The notes: generated from the letters alone by a model not told the origin. Counted from the stretch's first letter, positions 36,601-50,623 are shown. The stretch is DNA of 64,000 nt from Basidiobolus meristosporus CBS 931.73 (GCA_002104905.1 MCFE01000327.1:1-64000), one strand, 5' to 3'. Numbers and translations are program-made.

Positions 36601-38457
36601 AGAAATAAGTCTGAGCATTCCTTCAGAAGAGTGTGGACCTTCTGTGGTACTGGAGTAGAGGAATCCTCCAGTAATACTGCCATGAGGAGCAACCAGGTGC
36701 CTTTTCTAAGTGCTCTACAGAACTGTGTTTTGCTAAGTTTACTTGTTTCACACACACTGGAATTGATTGAGTTGAAATCCAGTCTGGCAGATAGTAGCTC
36801 ACAGGTCTTGTTGTTATTCTGGATCTGAGTAGCATGCATTCTCCAGCTGATTGATGGATTACAACAAAATAGCCAGGTTTTTCCAGGTGCAGGGTCAAAT
36901 TTGCAGTTCCCAAGTACATAGGCCTGTAGGTCTTCTTCATAGTCATTGATCTTCATCCTTACTGGCTGAGTAATATGGTTGATTATGTGAGAGTTCCCAT
37001 CAGCTGTTGAGACTGAAGTTGATTTGGTGGGTTCTGAGTTGATTTCAGCCCTCAGAGCAAATTTCTCTGATATGTACTCATATAGTGCTCCTGATTCAAT
37101 CATGATCTTGGCAGGAACTGCTTTAATTACTCTGTTCAAATATTTTAGCTTTGCTGGGTTCAAGTTCATCTGGTATAGGTACTCTTCTGTCATATGGAAA
37201 GGGGAGTTCTGAGTCTTCTTCAAGTTCATCCTCCATGTTACCATGCTCAAGGGCTTCAATATGGCTAAAGGTTTGTGATGGCTGGTGTCCATTTCTTCTC
37301 TGAGGGCAGTACTACAAAATATGTCCCTGCTGGTGGCAATTAAGGCCAAGTCCTTTCTTCATACATTCTTCTGAGGTAGGATTCGTCTGCATGGCATATA
37401 TTTCAATTGGCACTGCTCCTGATTGTCTTCTTTCATAGTGATTGTAGCCACTCTGATCAGTCATTGTGGGCTTCCCAACTCCAAACATAGCTGAGTTGTA
37501 GTCAATGGCAATCTTGATGGCTTCTTCAATATTCCAAGGTCATCACTAGTTGACTTCCGTGCAAGTTCCTTCTTTCAGCCCATCAATAAAGTATTCCACT
37601 TGATCCAGGGGGTTCATTCTTTCAACTTGTCCAAGTAGATATCTATATTCATAGGTTTAATCTTGAGCTATTCCTTTCTGTGTGAGTATCTTCAACTTTC
37701 TTCTTTGTAGTGTCTGCTAGTGTGGGGGTTCAAAATCATCCTGATTTTCTAACACAAACTCTCTCAGGTAGAGATTGCAGAGCATCCCATCATGGTGGCC
37801 AAACTGATCTTGTTGTGGTACTATTGTAAAGCTACATCTGGCAGGTAAGAGGCTGCATAATATAACTTACTTTCTGGAGCATTTTCCTTAGCCTTGAAAG
37901 CTACTTCAATCTGGAGGAGCCAAGTTCCCAGGTTTTCACTGACTCTACTATGGTGCTGGTTGACCTTCGCACAGAAGTTACTCTGAATAGGGTTTTGCTG
38001 GTTCTGTGCCAGGGTTTTGCTGGCTTTTGGTTATAGTAGACATTCCTTGTTGCTGCTGGCTAAGGATCTGGTGTAATTGTTGCTGTTGGGCCAGGATTTG
38101 CTGCATCGCATTCTTCCACTCTTGATTTTCTGACATCTTGGCAGAGGGTGCTTCTTTCATCACAAGGGAGGCTTCTGGTTGTTGCTGCTACCAATGTTAC
38201 AGCTCTTGGTATAATAGTTGTAAAGGAATAGGGAGTTTAGATAGTATTGCATTCACTAAAAGTTGAATTGATTTCATTGAGGTTCCAGCAGCTCCTTTTA
38301 TACTTTTTGCCTGATCAATTTCTGACTAATTGAATAACCTAATGTAAGTTGTGACTGACAACTCATTTGATTGCATCATCATTACGCAATAGTATCCTAA
38401 CTAAGTTATGTATTTCTCTCTGATAAGGATTGGCCAACTCATTTGCTCACTAATGCC
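33609..38457 (-). mobile_element. Gypsy A3, near full-length, heavily degenerate; 3' LTR 33609-33978, truncated 5' LTR 38195-~38457
   Basis: gag-PR-RT-RH-IN fragments in the ORF track (e.g. 35999-36238 with YLDD); PBS complement gctgctaccaa at 38184. Confidence 0.9.
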
Positions 38458-38570
38458 AAAACAAATTTATTCATAATGCTAACTATGGCAGGTCATTCTT
38501 GAATCCTATATTCATGTATGTACAGTGACTCAACTACAAGACTGTCTTAGATTCACATGTAGCTATTTTG

Positions 38571-40285
38571 GTTATGATCCACTGCTTGAATATTGCAGAA
38601 GCCTCCTTTAGGATGTTAAATAATAAAGAATGGAAGAATGAATGCAGCAAATCCTGGCCCCACAGTCACAGTTACTCCAGATTCTGAGCTAACAGCAATA
38701 AGGAATGACCACCATAGCCCAGAACAGCAAGTCCTTGTTGAAAGCAACTTTAGTGCAAAGGCCAAATGGTGACATGGTAAAGTCAATGAAAGCCTGGCAA
38801 TGTGACTTTTTCATCTTAAAGAAGCCTTTAAGGCTTGAGGGGATGGCCCCAGAAAGCAAGTCACTTTATGCGGCCTCTCACCTAGCAGATGCAGCTTTAC
38901 AATGGTATCACAACAAGATCAGGTGAGCCACTATGAAGAATGCTCTACTACCTCTCCTTGGGAAGAGTTTGTGTTGGAAATTCAAGATGCCTTCAAACCT
39001 CCCCACTAGCAGACAATACTACCCTAAGAAAAATCTCAAACTTGGAATGCATCTGATTTTTAGCTGGTATTCTGCTGGTATTCTGATGGTATTTTGCTGG
39101 TATTCAGCTGGTGTTTTGGGTTCAAAATTTCAAATGCAATTTTTGATGGAAGTAATGGGCAGCTAATTGCCAAATTTGGTATGGATGCTAGTTTGCCTAG
39201 TCTTTTTGTTGAGAACTTGTTTGCATGCCTGCCCATCAGCTCAGAACAGAGATACTGAGAGTTGTCAATTTTGAGAAACTTAGAATTCGGTTGATACTAT
39301 GATGGTATTTTGCTGGACTTTTCTCAATTTTTTCTCTTAGGGCTAAGTAGCAAGCTGAAGACACTCAGACACAAAGGAATGGCTCAAGAATACATATATG
39401 AGTATAGAATTTTACTTGGACAAATCTGAAGAATGGACACCCTTGATCAAGTTAAATACTTTGTTCACAGGTTAAAAGAACAAATCTGCTAGAAAGTGAA
39501 TTATCAGAGACTGCACACTATTGAAGAAGCCATTAAGATTGCCATTGACTATGATGCAGCTGTATTTGGAATTGGGAAGCCCACTTTGACTAATCAGAGA
39601 AGCTATAATTACTATGAAGGAAAAAAATTGGAAACAGTGCTAATGGAAATAGATGCTATGCTGAGGAATTCTACTTCCAAATAATGTACATAGGAAGGAC
39701 TTGGTTACATTGCCACCAGCCAAGGCATATCTCAAGGTACTACCAGTGGAAAAGAAATGGACACCAGTCAACAAGAACATTCAACCATATCAATGCCTAA
39801 GAGCATAGTCAAATGATGGATGAACTTGTGGAAGATCCAGAACTTAACTTCTATTTGCCAGAAGAATACTTGTCCTAAATGACCTCAAACTGAGTGAAGC
39901 AATTATACTTGAGTGTGGCAATCAATGGAGTGCCTGCAAAGATCATGATTGACTCAGGAGCATTACATATGTACATATCAGAGCAACTTGCCTTCAAAGC
40001 TGGAATTGACACAGAGCCCACAAAATCAACTTCAAGGAATAGTTGGATGTGTTCCCATATGAACTTGTCAGCCTACCACCAGTCAGAGACATGGATCATG
40101 CCATTGACACAGGAGATAGCCCTCCAGTGTGCAAAATACCCTATAGAAGGAGTCCATTGCAATTGGGAGATGAAGAGACAAATAGATCAATTATTGGAGC
40201 AAGGATATATTGGACCCTGCAAGTCACCTTGGGGAGCACCAGTGCTTTTTGTGAAAAAGAAGGAAGGAACACTTGGGATGTATAT
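38571..40285 (+). mobile_element. Gypsy A4 remnant (LTR stub, gag, PR, start of RT; internal deletions; MITE insertion)
   Basis: ESKSLYAASHLADAALQWYH, KIMIDSGA, CKSPWGAPVLFVKKK. Confidence 0.8.
39022..39342. mobile_element. 321-bp non-autonomous TIR element (MITE), CACTA-like
   Basis: TIR ccctaagaaaaa / tttctcttaggg; 3-bp TSD CTA (39019-39021, 39343-39345); subterminal GCTGGTATT repeats; host gag rejoins. Confidence 0.85.
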
Positions 40286-43200
40286 ATCAGTGTGCATTGA
40301 TTGTCTATTGCCTCATTTTGCACTCCTTACTTTCTGACTTGACTATTTCTCTCACTTTTCATGCGTAGAAATTGATTAATTTCTGTTGAAACTTCATCCG
40401 TGCCTTAATTTCCAATTGTATTGATCTATACAAGTCCCTACACCCCACACTAACATTAAGCCCAACCACTCACTCAACAAGTGACTCCATTAAAATCCAC
40501 CACTCAATAAGTATTTCTGCTGTAATGCTCTGACTCCACAACTCTGGCATGAGCCCAACAGCTTTCACCACTGTTCATTTACTGGTTCCCACACCTCATG
40601 GTCTTCAGCCAGCACTGCAAGGTCTAGTACCTTGTCTGCCATTCTTTGCAATAAATCCTTGTAATATTCAAGTGCATTTTCTTGAGCACTGCACTTGAAG
40701 AAGTTATGTAACCTCTTGGTGGGCATATTGATGTTCCATAATTCCACTAAAGGCATTGTGATAGCCTTCTAGTACCTTACATTGTAGCCTTGTCTGTCAG
40801 TGGGATCTCCACTCTGTCACCAATGGAGGATATGGAGGCTGTGGTAGACAAATTACCTTTTTCTGCAAACTAATCTACCTTGCTGGTATGTAGCTCAACT
40901 GGCTGCACTTCCAACTCTTGTGAAACCAGCTGTTTTCTTGTTGGTAATTCTTCTTGAGTATGAAGGGAATTAGTCTGTTTCAGGCTTGCAGCATTAATTG
41001 GGAAGTACTGCAGTTTTTTTTGCATACCTCCCTGTCTCAGGCTTGGGTAGACATTTTTCCCTTAACTGTTTCCTTTACCACTACCAGATCTTTCACTGCT
41101 ACTTTGGCTGAGTGATTCTTGTAATGAACTACATTTTCTCCTTGATAAACTTTGCTATACATATGTTTTGGCCTGCTAGCCCCTTGCTGGCACTCTTCTG
41201 GCAACCCAACAGTTCTTTATTGCTTTTTTTGAGCACTCAGTCATTGTTGCAATGGGCTCCTGTAAAAGCTGCTGGTTTTTACCACAGCCAGGTTCTTCAC
41301 TGCTACCTTGACTGAGTGCTTCTTCAGTAGTTCTATTCTTTTTCCTTGATAAATGTTGTGCTGGTGCATCCATGTCTGCCTACTGGTTCCTAATTGGAAC
41401 TCTTCCAGCTACCTGACATCTCCTTGACCCTTGTTTAGAGCTTTTGTCTGTGATTGTAACATGCTCTTAAGCAAGCCACTTGTTTTTAGCAATAGCACCC
41501 TTGTTCTTGTACCTTTGATAGTTTCTGCTATTCTTAGGATACTGCCTTAGCATACCAATACAGGACTAAAATCTGCTTGCCTACTTGAATTTGCAATAAT
41601 GCTCATGAAACAAGTCAAGTGCATTCTGCTTGGCCTTAAGCTCCTGATGGTCCCATGGGATACTGGCCTTAAGGTGCTGGTATGCTAGACTTCTGACAGC
41701 CTCTTGAATATTAGTCCACTCTTCATTATTGCACTCAACAGTTTCATGGATCTTCAATGTCTTTTGAAATTTAGGATTTGGTACACACACTACATTGACT
41801 CCCTCCCACACTTTGATAGGCTTTTCTGTGAGCTTTATCTTTGGGCACTGTTGTTGTGCTTCAAAGACTGTATGGTGTTCTTCTGCTGTTACATTGGGAT
41901 ATGACTAAGTTCATGGCTGCAACATTGAGCTATTTGAGTTACTTCTTTGCAGCAAAGATACTGCTTTCTCTACCCAGGACATTGATTGCTATACACATAT
42001 TATCCGCTCATCCTGTTTCTGATCTGTTTTCTGATTTCTCTGGGCCATTGCATCTATACTATCAGCCACTGCACCAAGCTGCTTCATTAATGCTTTGGTA
42101 TGAGCTGACAGCATACTTGCTGATATGGGTGGTAGTGATATTATGGCAGCCACTTGCTGGTCATCAACTGAGGCTACTGCATTTGCTACATTATATACCT
42201 GGTATTGTGGTGAAAATATTCTAAGTAAATCCCAACAAGGGAATTGGTCAGTATTCTCTAGGATATGAAGGTAATAATCTAAGTGACTCAGTTAGGTGAA
42301 TATTTAGGTGGAAATACCAATTTTTACAACAGGTACAATGTCTCAAATACAAGACTGTCTTAAATTCACGTGATTTTTGTCCAAAAAGGGAGATAATAGC
42401 ATTGTGTTGTTCAAGGTCAAACTGTTTGCCCCATGGATAGGACTACTGTGATTCAAAATTGTAAGAGAAGAGAAAAAAGGCTATGTGGCTATTGTAGCAA
42501 GCCTCTCAGCCAGGAAGCACACAGACAGCATAGGATGTATTACAAGGATCACAGCCAGTATTTTGCCACACAAGTCATATTTGACCATTGATCAATCACT
42601 ACTGTTCCAACATTATCTTACTAGCCAGTTGATACTTCTATATTGGCACCTAGCCATTTTTGTCACCTTGTGCAAACTGAGTCAGGTGTGTTAGTGACAC
42701 CTTTAGGCTCACATCAGCCTTCTGAATGTGGCATGCAGAGTGATAGCTCTGATGAAGAAGGTTCACTGATGGATTGTAATCCTATCTCCCCTAACATCAG
42801 TACCATGCATGCACCTAGTCAAGTCCCAATATGTAATGAGTCAAGACCTGTTGGAGCAAACACCAAGGATACTTTGTGGAGCCAAGTAAGCCCAGTAATC
42901 CATCTACTGGTGACTGATAAAATGTAGTGGCTAGAGAAGTGGTGCATTTCCACCAATATCAGTAATGGGGTCTTTGAGAATTTATTGCTACTTCTTGCCA
43001 AAATTGTCCTGGGATTCAACCTACTATGTACATGGTACAAGTGGACAATTGTTATGCAGCTGTCAACCTATGATCCAGAGACTGTCCTGATTCCAGCATG
43101 TTATAACAGTTGCATGGCATTCACATCCAAAAATGCTATCATTGTAAAATGTCTAAATTGTCAGGAATCCACCACCCTTGAAGGAAAACATTGTTCACAC

Positions 43201-44442
43201 TCTAGATATATTCCAGTAATACTCCATTTAACAAAGCACATGCAGTCCAACAAATATTGCAAAGCTATAGAGTACCACACTCAGTATCAATCAAGCACAA
43301 GCATTTCCACATATTCAATGGCAAACATTACAAACAGCTAAGAAGTAAGGGCTACTCAAAAGGTAAAATGACCATGCCTTTGCCTTGGCACTTGATGGAT
43401 TCTCATTAAAAAAGTACTCTACCAGCAAATCTTGCTGGCCACTAATTCTCATCAATCTAAATCAGCTGCCCATCTTACAGTGTCTGAGCAAAAATCTGAT
43501 GGTAGTCTCACTGGTATCTGGGCCTAAAGCACTGTCCAACCTGGATAGCTACCTGTATCCATTGATGGATGAATTTTGTATGCTTTCCGGCTAGATAACA
43601 GTAAATGGCCATCATGTAAAAGCGTAAATTATTATCTGCATTGGGAATACCCCCAGCCATCAGCAAGATAGCAGGTTTTTCTGGGCACAATGGATGGTAT
43701 TGCTGTCAATTGTGTGCAATCCAGGGGACTTACTCCATAACTCACATATATTATTAGTACCCAAACACCAACACTAAGAACATTGACTTCCCACTGAGAG
43801 AATGTACAGAAGCCAGTATGCAATTGCAGTAAAGTTGGCAAGCTATAAGCCATTGGCCAGAATACAGAATCAATTGGAAGTCAGAGATACTTAATATAGA
43901 TGGTTCCTGTTGGAGAAAAAGCTTTCAGCTGGTAGTAATGCACTTGCTTCTCATCAATATCCCCAAACTGATGACCAAGTTGTACATGGGGCATTTCAAG
44001 CTAAATGATCCCTTTGAGAGACTGGAGAAATTTGAAGAATTGGCAAGATATTACAGAGTATTTGCTACCCTAAGTATTTCACAGAAGCTCCAATCAACAC
44101 TTATATGCACATGCAATAATAAAGTGCAAGGATTGGATGAGCTAGATATGTATTTATTCAAGTGGCCTTCTGAAGCCATTGTACCAAGAGTACATTGGAA
44201 GCATTGGGAGTCATATGTGAAATGTTGGAATATCTATCCAGAAGCAGAAAACCAATGGCAACCTGACACATCTACAGCTGTTGTGCAAGGAGTTTGTAAT
44301 AGGATTTGAGCAGCTATACTACAAACATAAAGCTGAATGCATAGATCTCTGCTGCAATTGTATCCATTCTCTACTCCATCATGCTTTATGTGTGGATAAT
44401 ATTGGGCATTACTTCACCTTTTAGGAGTTACCTATAGAGCAG

Positions 44443-45513
44443 TATAGTGGGGTGACAGTGACACCCACTTACAGATGTGCTCATTCCCATATTTTCTACT
44501 TCCCTATATCTCTACTACACTTATTTTAGTTTTATCCCATTTGTCTTACCTGATCAGTACTATCCCATAAGCCAGTTGACTATAACACCTGCTTACCTTA
44601 TTGCATAAGTTATCCCTCACTTAATGTAAGATTACTAGCTGTAAGTACTTCTATATTAGGCAAGCACCCGTGCCAGTACCCGTGACACATGGTCAACCTG
44701 TGTCGCCATCCCTACCATTTTCATACCATATATGGTATCCCTATGTTACACAGGTTTCAGAATACTGATTCCTGATTGGTTGGATGTGCTGTGCCGCTTA
44801 GAACCTTCTGGCACCTACTTAGAACATTCTTAGGTCATTCTGATGTCATTAAGATTTCTACTGATATCCAGAACCTTCTGCAACACCATGATTAGTAATC
44901 ACTTAGCCAGTAAGAAAAGTATATAAGGGAGGCTATCCCTCAACAATAAATCATCATCCCTTTTATCAATACACCAACTTGTTGATTAGTGTGATCACTG
45001 CTACCTGCTGCTACCTGAACTTCCAACCCCAGACCACAGGACACTCCCAGGAAACTGCGCTGATAGCCAACTGACCTTGGAGGCACTACTTGTGAGGAAT
45101 ACTCAGAGTAGGTATCTTTTGTTATAGTTGATTCTTTCCCAAGTTTGTTCTTGTACAGGCAAAGATACTTTTCTGTCTTTGTAACTATTGACCACAGCTG
45201 CATTCTTATCAAGTCCCTGCTGGTGGAGTTTACAGTTGTTTTGACTTTGGAAGCTTTAGTACATTGTCATCTCAAAGGATGCTGAACCCAGCACATACTT
45301 TTGTTAAGACGCCAACTGAATTGGGGATATTAGCTCAATAGTTTTCCCTTGACAAGCTTCTGGCTTTATTCCCTTTCACATTAGATTAGAGACAGAACCC
45401 AAATATTACTAGCAAGCTTTTGCCAGAGGTTATTGCACCCAGTGAACACCCCACACACAAAACACTTGAGAAGTGTTGGATGTATCTCTCCCTTGGACCT
45501 ATACACCACCACA
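44443..45513 (+). repeat. Solo LTR of Gypsy family C (~1.07 kb) inserted in the B2 transposase
   Basis: Ends tatagtgg...ccaccaca; TSD GCAG/GCGG (44439-44442, 45514-45517); transposase FPMEQ/R-MCG rejoins. Confidence 0.82.
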
Positions 45514-46129
45514 GCGGATGTGTGGGGAGATAGGAAGACTAGTCAAGTTGCAGGTATCACCATATCCCAATCTCATCAAGAATATTACCTTCATGTTTGT
45601 CATGGATGTTATGAGTTGGCACATGGTGGACAGCCTGGAAGAGTTGAAAAATACTGAGGACAGATGTGCATGTTGAGACACCTATGCCCCTGGCGTTAAG
45701 AAGCTAAGCAGCCCCAATGCATGGGTAAGCAGTTCAGTAATGCAAAGTTGGGTTGGGTGTAACATGCACTGATTTTTATTAGGAGAACTCTGCAAAGGTA
45801 TGTTGGATCTCTCATTGGCAAACAAGAGCCAGATGGCACCTGTAAGGGGGACCAGAATTCAGCAGGGAGTAGGAATATATTGGCTAAATACCAAGAAGTC
45901 CTTTGCAGATATTCAGGAGGTATTCATGGCAGAAGTGGTAACAACCAAGCATATGTTTGCAAGATGTATATGTCACCTTCAGTACAAGCTATATGGCAAC
46001 TTTGCATGTATTACACCAGAAAGCAGTAAAGTTGAGGTGATAGAGGTATGCCAATTGCAGCTGGTGTGTGCATTTGTACAGGTTACTAAGCAGGAGGCCA
46101 TAGTTTTTTTTTGATTTGAACTACATGCA

Positions 46130-47120
46130 GAATACCCAAGGTAGTAGTGGGTAAGCAAATAAAGAGGGGTGATTCTACAGTGGAATATACAAATTGCCCA
46201 AGGGGAGGTAGAAAAGGAAATACCACTTGGTCAATTGATATGGTAGTATTATACCCAACCAGCTGTGGCCTGCTGTACTGCCATGATAATGCTTTCAGAG
46301 ACTGGCAATGGGGCCATTAAAATACCATCAAGATTCTTGCCATATATGGCAACTGGAAACCCTAGCTGGTTGGATCCATTTAAAATAGTTGTAGAGTGCA
46401 TTAAGATTGCAACAATGCCATGCAGTTATTGTTACAGCTCCAATCAAACCCTGTCAAGTTTCATAATTTTGTTTGGCAGTAAAATTAGCATAACACCATT
46501 GTAATCCCATCATAAGATTGTTAGAGGGTCACTAATTCCAAGCTGCAGGTATTATGACAGTCTCCAAACAGGATCCTAATGGCTTATCTGGGTTGGATCC
46601 ACCTGTGGGACCAAGTTACTTTTCTTAGGGTAGATGTGGAATACCCAAGTTATTAGTGGGTAAGCAAATAAAAATGGATGATTCTATAGCTGAATATAAT
46701 AATGGTGCAAATGCAAGTAGAAAGTGGGAATATCATTTAGTAAATTGGCACACAAGCATCATACAGAGCTGGTTGTAGGCCTCTGTACTACTGTTGTAAT
46801 GCCAGCAAAGGTCTGCAATGAGGCCATCAGAACCATGTTAAGCTTCTTGCCATGTAAAACAAATGGAAGTGTTGACTGGTCATGTCTGCACAAATAAATG
46901 TTGATCACATTAAGACCATTGGAATGCCAAGCTGTTCCTATCAAGAGGCTGCCAAACACTGTCAAGTTTTGACTTTGTTAGGCAGTAAACTCAGCAAAAC
47001 ACCACCACTACCCTATCATAAGATTATGTACAGGGTTGTAAGCTCAAAGCTGCAAGCATTATGATGGTCTTATTGCAGGATGCTGGCTGTGATCTGGATT
47101 GCATCCACTGCTGGGACCAA
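46130..47120. repeat. Diverged ~495-bp tandem duplication in the B2 right arm
   Basis: 46130-46620 resembles 46630-47120. Confidence 0.7.
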
Positions 47121-48002
47121 ATTGTAGCTATAGGGGCTCTGAGTAGCTCACCCTTGATCATTTATGGTAACTTATTGGATCTCTGCATCAATTATAGCAT
47201 CAAAGTGGGGATCCAAGTCTTTAAATGATTGCGGTCCCTGCTGAGATAGTAGACCTGCTCTGTAGGATAGTACCACATTGAGCCATGAGTGGCAATAGCC
47301 AATCAATGCACACAAACATAGGAGGTGATAGAGTGTCTGGGATCAGAAAGTGAGCAAGTTGGCAGGGAACCATTCAAAAGCCACTTATATATGTTGTAAA
47401 AATTTGTAATTCCACCTAAATATTCACCTAACTTAGTCACTTAGATCATCACCTTCAAATCCTGGAGAATACTGACCAAATTCCTTGTTGGGATTTACTT
47501 AGAATATTTTCACCAAAACACCAGGTACCCAGAACATGAAAATTCTCAAAGTTGTCCAAACAGCCCCAAACTTTGCACACATGCTCTTGGGACCTTCCTT
47601 AACCTATTCTATGTGTTTGTAATGCCAGGACCAGGTAAAAGTATAAATACTACTTTTACATTCAATAAATCATTAAGTGAAAACCACATAATCTACTTGT
47701 TCTCCCAATCACTTCCAATATCTCCAAGACTCTTACAACAATATGTTGTTGTGATGAAAAATTTGACTAAGTTTTGAGTGAAATCTGGGGTGCAATTATT
47801 TTTCAACAGTCCCTGGTTGGTGTCCTGACAAGACCAGTACATCTTAGTCACAGGACTTTATACTTGTGACAGCCTTTTGACAGGATCATTACAACAATTT
47901 TTCATAGAGTGTAGCTGTAGATTAAGTTCTTGTATAGTTTACCAAACAGATTCATTTAAGTAATTTTAAGTTGTAGCCTTAGTAGTGGTCACCCATGGTC
48001 TA

Positions 48003-49442
48003 CTAGGCAGAAGGTGAATGTTTGCCTTCTGGCAGATGAAGAGGGGATGCCAGACTTGTTCCTTGTACCTTGATAGGGAATCTGTTGACTATACCATAGA
48101 GTAGACTAGATCCTGAGTTTGCAACAGTCATGTCCCATATGGTTTCTCTGTCAGCTGGCAGTAGCTCCTTGTCTCTAAGTGTCTTCCAAAAGTCTAGAGA
48201 CATAACACTTATCTCCAAACCACTGTCAATATGGCAGTTAACAAGGTCTGAGTATATATATGGATCCTTTCACTATAGTGGTTGCAACTGAGTAAATGGT
48301 CCTACATGCTGTGCTATCTTCATTGTTCTGGTGGTTATCATGATTTGTGTGAATAATGTAGGTGCCCATATGTTCAACTGCTTGACATATTGTACTATGT
48401 TGCTCATCACAGCTCTTCAAAACAGATGATGATACACTCATGATCTTTCCAACCAACAATGGGAGGTTCTGCTTCAGCAACTTCTCAGCAATCAGATGAG
48501 GGCCTGAGGAACATACTATCTTTGAGGTAATCTGAGAGCAAGGCAAAAGTTTTGAGTGGGCAGCCTACTTGGCCTCTTGTCAATGATTACCTCAGGTTCT
48601 TCATATTACGGTCTTGTAAGGATGGGTTGACTGGCTCCTCAGCAAGGTGCTTGGGATGGTAAAGGCATCAGCATTATATTCTTTGTTGTCAGGCAAATAG
48701 GATGCACTTTGTGTGTCCAAATAGAGGCATTAATGGTAATCTTCCTATTTGCTGAATCAGGTTTTTGGAACAGGGCACTCATACCTCCACTTTGGAAGTA
48801 GGTGGGGATCCTTTTTCCTTTCTTGTCAGCAAGCATTCCATCAGCATTATCTGTCAGGTTGGATTTTAAGATTTTGATAGTGGTGAAAGTCAGTTTTGCT
48901 GTTAGGAGAACAACTTCATTGCTGCAAAGCATGAGATGCAAGACTTGTTGTGTTTGACCGCACATAGGTCAAGTTTCTTTGTCAAGTCTTGGGGAGGCCT
49001 TGAGCAAAGCAATGTATCATGGAAAACCCATTATAGCTTGGGACTCTAGGAGTGGCTTGGCCATATCTCTACAATGTTGAATGAACTTTTCAATTGGTAG
49101 CTTGGAAGGTCTAGTCCTCCCAAAGTGTATCAAGTCTTCAATTTGACTGTAGATAGAGGGTCTACCATACTTGGCTTTTGGGTGGGTCATCATTAAGGTC
49201 CCATTTGTTAGAATGTCTGTTGGATGCAAGAGAAAAGTTTAACAGAACTCATGAATGGCTCCTTGCCTGAAAAGCTTAGTGGTAATATCATTGTTGCAGT
49301 AATAGGCAAAGTCTTCAGCCATTTCTTGTTTTGAGAGGCAGCACATCTTGCAGAGCTTCTCCCATCCAAATTTGAAGCTTTCCTCATTATTTCCATTAAA
49401 TTGGAGAGCTCCATGTTGGAGTGGTAATGGCATAGAACTCAT
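48003..49442 (-). pseudogene. gag: Gypsy family C gag and aspartic protease; 3' part of the element missing
   Basis: gag-like N-terminus ALQFNGNN...WEKLC; manual translation CHIDSGLEISVMS (protease DSG) near 48230. Confidence 0.72.
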
Positions 49443-49560
49443 TTGAAATGGTAGGTTGGTGTTGTAATCTTGATAATATTAGTAGTCTCTTTTCAATAAG
49501 TGAATAGTGGCTTGAATCTTCTGGCAAATCTTGTTGGGTCCTAGGGGGTTGGTATAGTCT

Positions 49561-49577
49561 TCCCATGTTGGGTGCCA
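49561..49577 (-). promoter_or_regulatory. Family C PBS, tRNA-Lys(CUU) type
   Basis: tggcacccaacatggga equals TGGCGCCCAACGTGGGG with both CpGs changed to CpA and one terminal mismatch. Confidence 0.75.
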
Positions 49578-49581
49578 AATA

Positions 49582-50623
49582 TGAGGAGAGATACTTACAA
49601 CACTTCTCAAGTGCTTTTTGCGTGAGGTGTCTGCTGGGTGCAATAGCCTCTGGTAAAAGCTTGCTAGGGCTACTTGGGTTTTGTCTCTGCTCTAATATGA
49701 AGGGGAATGAAGCCACAAGCTTGTCAATGGAAGGCCATTGAGTTACAATCCCCAACTTAGTTGGCATCCTAACAAAAGTATGTGCTGGGCTCAGCATCCT
49801 TTGGGATGACAATGAACTAAAGCTTGCAAAGTCAAAACAACTGTAAACTCTACCAGCAGGGACATGATAAGAATGCAGCTGTGGTCAATAATGACAATGA
49901 CAGAAAAGTATCTTCTCCTGTACAAGTACAAACTCGGGAAAAATCTAATCTAATAAAAGATACAGACACTGAGTATTCCTCACCAGCAGTGCCCCCAAGG
50001 TCAGTTGGCTGTCAGCACAGTCTCCTGAGAGTATCCTGTAGTCTGGGATTGGAAGTTCAGGCAGCAGCTGGTGTCAGTGATCACACTAATCAAAAAGCTG
50101 GTATAGTGATAAAAGGAATGATGATTTATGAATGAGGGATCCCTCCTTTATATACTTTTCACACTGGCCAAGTAATTACTAATCATGGTGCTCCAGAAGG
50201 CTCAAGAGATCAATAGAAATCTTAATGATATCAGAATGAGCTAAGAATGTTCCAAGTAGATACCAGAAGGCTCCAAGAGACACCACATATCCTGCCAATC
50301 AGGGATCAGTTTTTTGAAGCCTGTATAAAGTAGAGATACCATATATGGGATGAAAATGGTATGGGTGGTGACTTAGTTTGGTTATAGGGACTGGCTCTGG
50401 TACTTGTCTTACATAGAAGCACTAAAATCTAGTGATCTTACACAAAGTGAGGAAAAATGTGTGTCATAAAATATGCAGGTGTTGTAGTTATCCTGCTTAT
50501 GTCACAGCATTGATCAGATAAGACAAATGGAATAAAACCAAAATATGTATAGTAGAAAAATAGGGAAGTAGAAAAAATGGGGATGAGAACTTCTGTCAGT
50601 AGTTGTCACTCTGACCCACTACT
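49582..50623 (-). repeat. Family C 5' LTR (~1.04 kb)
   Basis: Similar to the solo LTR 44443-45513; ends CA + TATT before the PBS. Confidence 0.75.

Larger units (their letters stand above)
40290..47130. mobile_element. Family B copy B2 (ORF2 40.3-42.2 kb on -, transposase 42430-45690 on +, split by solo LTR)
   Basis: Colinear with B1. Confidence 0.8.
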
